Shown piece by piece: positions 58,227-64,000 of a DNA stretch of 64,000 bases. Position 1 is the stretch's first letter. Every line of letters starts with the position of its first letter. A program made the position numbers and the translations under genes. Source of the DNA: an uncultured Planctomycetota bacterium (GTDB taxonomy: Bacteria; Planctomycetota; Planctomycetia; Gemmatales; Gemmataceae); NCBI GenBank assembly GCA_963849325.1, contig CAWKHF010000005.1, positions 1,024,001-1,088,000 of the forward strand, read 5' to 3'. The notes under the pieces were generated by a model. That model was not told where the DNA came from and searched no databases. It was given only the letters and a program-made list of their open reading frames with translations.

Positions 58227-58967
58227 ATGTCGGCCGAATGGTCGCGGGGATTGATGGAATGGTACTACGAGAAAATGGAGCGGGAGTATCTACGCCGTCT
58301 GCCGCTGGAGCATTTCATGGAAGCGACTCCTCAAGGGACCCAACGAGAGATCACCCTGGAAAGCCTGGCCTTGCTCAAGGCCCAACGCCCGGACGTGCAG
58401 GTGTTTAACGAGTTGCTGGTGCAGTACCCCTTGCCGCGGCGTAAACGACTGGGCCAGGTCGTGCCCGACAACATGGTGGTCGTCCACCCGGAACCAATCA
58501 AGGCACACGGAAGTTACAATCTGCCGTTGCAGCCGGTCGGGCCATTCTGGATGCTGGAATACGTCTCCAAAAGCAGCGAGCGCAAGGACTACGAGGACAG
58601 CAAGAACAAGTACGAACACGACTTGAAAGTGCCGTACTACCTGGCGTTCATGCCCGAACTGCAAGAGATGACGCTGTATCACCACAACGGCGAAAAATAC
58701 GACCGCGTCCAAGCCAACGCCCACGGCCGTTATGAGATCCCCGAACTGGAACTGGAAGTGGGGTTGCATGGCGGCTGGATGCGTTACTGGTTCCGGGGCG
58801 AGCTGCTACCGTTGCCTGCCGAGCTACAAAGCGAACTCCAGAAGGAACGCCGCGAACGAGAGAAGGAGCATCAAAGTCGCCTGGCCGCGGAAGAGGAAGT
58901 GGCCCGGCTGCGGGCGGAACTGGAACAGTTGAGACGAGGCGGAGCAGACGCGGCCGACGGACGCTAA
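58227..58967 (+). CDS. Uma2/DUF820 family PD-(D/E)XK nuclease-like protein
   Basis: VVPDNMVV, LEYVS, KDY, VPYY, C-terminal coiled coil. Confidence 0.85.
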   Translation: MSAEWSRGLMEWYYEKMEREYLRRLPLEHFMEATPQGTQREITLESLALLKAQRPDVQVFNELLVQYPLPRRKRLGQVVPDNMVVVHPEPIKAHGSYNLPLQPVGPFWMLEYVSKSSERKDYEDSKNKYEHDLKVPYYLAFMPELQEMTLYHHNGEKYDRVQANAHGRYEIPELELEVGLHGGWMRYWFRGELLPLPAELQSELQKERREREKEHQSRLAAEEEVARLRAELEQLRRGGADAADGR

Positions 58968-59053
58968 GCCGCCAGCGGCCCGCTCTGCTATACTGATATT
59001 CGCCGCTTTTACTCACCGCGTTGCGCCCGCCCACCTGGGAGTCACCACTCGTC

Positions 59054-62000
59054 ATGAATCGCTGGTCGCGTTTGCTCTGCCTCGTCTGCTTGCTGTTTGT
59101 ACCCGCCGCTCAGGCCCAGCTGCCGCCCGACAAGGTGGCGTCCACCTTCCAGGTGGTCGATGGCCTGGAAATGTCCCTGTGGGCCAGTGAGCCGCTGTTC
59201 GTCAATCCCACCTGCATGGACATCGACCATAAGGGCCGCGTCTGGGTCTGCGAGTCGGTCAACTATCGCAACAAGCTGCACCGCAAGAAGACGCTCAACC
59301 GGCCGGAGGGCGATCGCATCGTCATTCTGGAAGACAGCAAGGGCACGGGCCGGGCCGACAAGGCAATCACGTTCTACCAGTCGCCGGACCTGCTGGCGCC
59401 GCTGGGCATCGCCGTGGCCAAAGATCCGGTTGGTCCCGGCTACAAGGTCTACGTTTGCCAGTCGCCGGACATCCTGCTTTTCGAGGACAAGGACGGCGAC
59501 GGCAAGGCCGACGGCCCGCCGAAGAAGCTTCTAACCGGCTTCGGTGGCTACGACCATGACCACGGCGTCCACGGCATCCTGATCGGGCCGGACGGCAAGC
59601 TCTATTTCAGCGTCGGCGATCAGGGCGTCCACGGTCTGCAGAGCGCCGACGGCAAGGGCCGCAAATGGCAGAGTAACAACACCGATTGCCGCGCCGGCAC
59701 TATCTGGCGCTGCGACCTCGACGGCACCCACCTCGAATTGATCGCCCACAATTTCCGCAACGAGTACGAGCCGTGCGTCGATAGTTTCGGGACCGTTTTT
59801 GTCTCCGACAACGACGACGACGGCAATCAGCAGACGCGCATCTGCTACGTCATGCCCGGCGGCAACTACGGCTATCACGCCACCGGCAAGAAGGTCAGCC
59901 ATTGGAACGAGGAGCTGCCCGGCATCGTGCCGAAAATCCTGCGCACCGGGTTCGGTTCGCCGACCGGCATGTGCGTTTACGAGGGGACGCTCCTGCCGAA
60001 GAAATACTGGGGCCAGTTGCTGCACGTCGATGCCGGCCCACGTCACGTCCGCTGCTATCACCTGACGCCCAAGGGCGCCGGCTACGACGTGGAGCGCGAA
60101 GACATGGTAACGAGCACGGATAACTGGTTCCGACCGAGTGACATTTGCGTGGCGCCGGACGGCAGCGTGTTCGTCGCCGATTGGTACGATCCAGGTGTCG
60201 GCGGTCATGGCATGGGGGACACGACACGCGGCCGTATCTATCGACTGGCACCAAAGGGAAGCAAGTACAGTGTGCCGAAGGTGGACTTAGAAAACGATGA
60301 TGGCGTTCGGAGTGCTTTGGCGTCGCCCGCACGTTCTGTCCGTTATATGGCGATCGCTAAACTCAGGCAGAAGAAGTTAGTTTCGGAAAATGGGCACGTT
60401 ATATATGAACGCGAGCGCGTTCTGCGTCCAGCCGTTGAGCAGCGAGAAGATCCCTGTCTGCGGGCAAGAGCATTATGGCAACTGAGAGATTTGGATCAGC
60501 TCCAGTACATTTTCAAACAGAGGCTGGATGACGATCCGCGAATTCGCATTATCGTCCTTCGCATGTTCAGCGAGGTATTGGGCGCGACGCCAGAGTGGCT
60601 AGATAGGAGGAGTCGCCTTCGGCTTGTGAGAGACCCTTCGGCGGCAGTCCGGCGTGAAGCGCTGTTATTACTCCGCAATGTGGATCCGGCGAAAAAGGCA
60701 CCCAACGATCAATCCCCAGCCAATGCGAGATCGTTGATTTTGGCTCTCGCCAAGCACTACGACGGTAAGGATCGCTTTTATCTCGAAGCCATCGGCATCG
60801 CCGTCGGCCACGATCCGAAACGCCGCGAAATCATCCTCGCCGACTTCGCCCAGCAGTTCCCCGAATGGAACGAGAAAGTCGCTGGTCTCGTCTGGGAGCT
60901 GCGGCCGCCCGCCATGCTGCCGGTACTCGAAAAACGCATTGCCGATGCCAGCATACCCGCCGCCCAGCGAGCGCAGATCGTGGACATCCTCGCCGCCTCG
61001 GAGGACAAGGACGCCGGCCTGGCCTTGCTCAAGGTGCTGCAAGCGGACGCGCCCTCCGAGGTGCGCGACAAGATCATCGACAACCTCAAACTATTCCTGC
61101 CCAACAAGTGGCAAAGTCTACGCAACGGCAAGGAGTTGAACGGCGCCATCGAGAACCTGCTGGCGAAGGCGGATACGCGCGCCATCGGCCTGTCTCTGAT
61201 CGGCGCGGCGGAACAGGCAGCGGCCGTGCCTCGGGTGACGGCGCTGCGCGCGACCGCAACGAAGCCGAGGCGGTGCGCAAGGCCGCCGTGCAAACGCTCG
61301 GTCAGTTGGCCCATGTCGATTCCGTCGCCGTCCTGGCCGACCTGATGGCAGACGCCGCCATCGGCAACGAGGCGGCCCAGGCGCTCGGCCGGCTGGCGCA
61401 ACACAAGAGCGACCGCGGCGTCGCAACCCTGGCCCTGCGCAAGCTGCAAGACGCCATTACCGCCAAGGGAACGCCCGGATCGGCTCGTCTGCCGGCCCTG
61501 TCGGCCCTGGTCGGTACGCCGCCCAGGTTCGCAGTGGCTGCTCGACCTGCACGCCCGCAAGCAGCTTCCGTCGGATCTCGTCGCCGACGCCGCCCGGCTG
61601 TTGCGCAACAGCTCCTACGTCGATCTCCGCAACAAGGCCATGATCGCCTTTCCGCCGCCGGGCCGTATCGATCCGAAGAAACTGCCGTCCATCGCCCAAC
61701 TGCTGACGCGCAAGGGCGACCCGACTCGCGGCAAGAAACTCATGGCTGCCAGCATCAATAACGACATGCAATGTCTGAAATGCCATACCATCCGCGGCAC
61801 CGGCGGACAGATCGGACCCGACCTGTCCGTCATCGGCAAGAAGGCCAGCAAGGAGAACCTCTTCGAGTCGATCCTGAACCCCAGCAAGGCCATCGCCGAT
61901 CAGTACCTCGTCTGGCAGATCGAGACGAGGAAAGGACTGTCGCTGACCGGCCTTGTCGTCGAGGAAACGCCGGCCAGCGTGACCCTGCGCGACGGCAACG

Positions 62001-62632
62001 GCAAGGACACCAAAATCGACAAAAAAGACATCGATAGCCGCGAAAAGAGTCCGAAATCGCTGATGCCGGACGATTTGCTCGTGTACATGACCGAGGACGA
62101 CCTGGTTGACCTTGTCGCCTACCTGTTCGAGCAGAAGACGCCGGCGCTGGGGATGGACTGGTGGCACATCGCCGGGCCGTTCGACAACGGCGAGGCCGAC
62201 GCCGGTTTCGACAAGGTATATCCGCCGGAAAAGAGCGTCGATCTGCAAGCAACCTATCCGGGCAAGAACGGGCCGATCCGCTGGCGAACCGTTCGGCCGG
62301 ACGCGAAGGGATATGTCGATCTGCAAGCGTTCTTCGCCCCGGACAGCGATCAAATCGTCTCGTACTTGTATCGGGAGATTGAATCCCCGGCCGACCAGGA
62401 AGCGACCGTGCTACTCGGCGCTGACGATTGCGCTCGGCTGTGGATCAACGGCGAAGTGGTGCATACCAGCCGCGACCACGCCGCCGCTCGGCCCGAGCAG
62501 TACATGGCGAATGTGAAGCTCAAGAAGGGTGTCAATCGCATCCTGCTCAAAATCAACAACGGCAACGGTATGCACGGCTTGTACTTCACCCTGCTGGCCG
62601 AGCAGGAATTGAAGCGCGTCGTCCGTAAATAA
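59054..62632 (+). CDS. PVC-type membrane-bound dehydrogenase-domain protein with HEAT repeats and haem-binding CxxCH domain; frameshifts near 61250 and 61525
   Basis: WASEP...NPT.MDID..GRVWV, DHDHGVH, WFRPSD, DWYD, CLKCH, GPDLS.IG, SLMP. Confidence 0.88.
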
Positions 62633-62640
62633 CCAAACAG

Positions 62641-62709
62641 ACCACGAAAGACACGAAAAAAAGATACTAATTTTGTCTTTTTTTCGTGTCTTTCGTGTGT
62701 TTCGTGGTC
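62641..62709. repeat. Family C-like palindrome between convergent genes (probable terminator)
   Basis: gaccacgaaagacacgaaaaaaagata...tgtctttttttcgtgtctttcgtgtgtttcgtggtc. Confidence 0.75.
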
Positions 62710-62716
62710 TCTCTCT

Positions 62717-63453
62717 TTAGCCCATGCCCATCGATCGGGCCCTCTCCGAGCCGTTGCTCTCTTCGTATTCGTCTTCGCCTCGGCCCAGCATGGCCCCGGG
62801 TGGGACGAGTTGACCGCCGAGCTTCGTCGTGACGCGGTCCATGAGGTCAGCGAAGTTCTGCTGCATTTGCGGAGGCACCGATTCGCTGACCTTGTCGCGT
62901 ACCACTCCTAGCGCCATTCCGAGAGCGGCGCTCTTGAGCTTGTTTATCTCCGGCGCAAAGGTGTCGGCCAGCGCTTTGAGAAAGGAGGGAGCGGAACGGC
63001 GCGGAGCGCCTCGGCTTCCATTCGTTGGCGAAGCTCGGAACCCTCGGGGAGTAATTGCTCCGGTGACGCCGGCAGGGCCGGCAGCGACGGCAGACGTCCG
63101 CGCTCCAGGTTGTCGAGGATTCGGCCGCCCACGTAACCGGCGAACACGGAGCCGCCCAGCAACACCCAGGGGTGATGTTCCATCTGCTGCGTAACGTCCA
63201 GGGTATCGCGTACCGAGGACAGGGCCTCGCGTATCGTCGCTCGGACGTCGTGGGCGGTCTCGCGCACCGTGGCCCCCACCTCCTGCACGGTACCGGAGAC
63301 GGCGTGGGTGGTGTCCTGCACGGTTCCCATCACCTGGCTCGTGGTGTCGTGTACCGTGCCGAGCACCTTGTTTTCGAGCGCCTCCATCTTTTCCGTCAGC
63401 GCAGACCGGGTTTGGCTCATCTGCTGTTTGATTACTTCTGTCTCAGGAGGCAT
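62717..63453 (-). CDS. DUF3618/ElaB-like membrane-anchored hypothetical protein; frameshift near 63000
   Basis: I.QQM..TRSALTEK.EALE, repeated TV.D/E units, HPW...GGSV..GY. Confidence 0.6.
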
Positions 63454-63839
63454 GCGACGTTCTCCTTGAGGGACGCGGCGGACTCGGACAAGGACGCGGC
63501 GTCCTGGAATTTCTTCAGGGCGGCATACGAGGCGCCGCCGCCAAGGAAGAGGAACACGATCCCGAATATGCCGAAACAGGCCCACAAGGGCAGTGCCGGG
63601 GCGAGCCAGTTCAAAAGCATCGGCAGCATGAAACAGAACAACAGTCCGCCAACCAGCGTGACGCCCAGGCCCGCACCGAGGAAAATGGCCCCGGTACGGG
63701 CCTTGCGCAAGTCCTCCTGGATCTCCAGCCGCACCAGCCGCGTTTGCTGGACGAAAAGTTGCTGGACGTCCTCGAGGATCCCGCCCACCAGGGACGACAT
63801 GCTCGGCTGGGACAACCCATTGCGCACGTCCGTCCTCAT
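63432..63839 (-). CDS. Phage holin family-like (YqjE/DUF1469-type) two-TM membrane protein
   Basis: SLV.GI..DV..L..Q...L.R.E, two TM segments; typical stress-operon context. Confidence 0.7.
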   Translation of the reverse strand: MRTDVRNGLSQPSMSSLVGGILEDVQQLFVQQTRLVRLEIQEDLRKARTGAIFLGAGLGVTLVGGLLFCFMLPMLLNWLAPALPLWACFGIFGIVFLFLGGGASYAALKKFQDAASLSESAASLKENVACLLRQK

Positions 63840-63842
63840 GGC

Positions 63843-64000
63843 TTATCTCCGCAACAGCCTGGCGAGCATGATAACCGATGCCGACGCCGACCAGCATGGA
63901 CGGGATGGGGTTCCGGCGGATCAGTTCGGTCACGTCTTCCGCCATGCCCAGGATACCCTCGTCCTGCAAGTAGCGGCCGGCGTGATCGAGCGAATCGGCG
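63843..64000 (-). CDS. 3' end of a DUF883/YqjD-like protein (runs off the window)
   Basis: ...EDVTELIRRNPIPSMLVGVGIG...LARLLRR stop. Confidence 0.6.

Noticed and set aside
63432-63839. Prophage lysis cassette
   Set aside because: The holin-like family sits between DUF883-like and DUF3618-like genes, a common non-phage arrangement; no endolysin or phage genes nearby.

Overview
High-GC window whose gene content points to a planctomycete, probably Gemmataceae-like: DUF1559 prepilin-like genes, a TIGR03000 domain, a YTV-like Cys-rich protein and a PVC-type haem-binding dehydrogenase. This assignment is an inference from gene families. Many genes are split by single-base indels, most likely long-read errors, so CDS spans are reconstructed across frames and some ends are approximate. 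Main content: (1) a minus-strand GDP-heptose synthesis/modification operon (Cj1427-like dehydrogenase, hddA, hddC, gmhB, Fcl-like enzyme, second SDR) that ends in a plant-type RGP/UDP-arabinopyranose-mutase (GT75)-like gene; (2) a type II FAS/PKS cluster (fabZ-fabG-ACP-fabZ, a non-catalytic KS, an active KS) followed by an alpha/beta hydrolase and a GH3 acyl-amido synthetase; (3) a membrane-anchored sigma54 activator divergent from a hydrolase, with a candidate -24/-12 promoter and phased palindromic enhancer sites; (4) a truncated IS110, two DUF1559 genes sharing a duplicated leader, tandem vWA paralogues, hisF-pilT-gspE-cvpA, and rdgC-like/recD2/Uma2; (5) many small palindromic repeats, including several REP-like families, heptamer hairpins and an 89-bp IS5-like MITE, some nested in each other or inserted inside genes. 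No rRNA, tRNA or CRISPR array was seen. All product calls come from motif recognition, not database searches.
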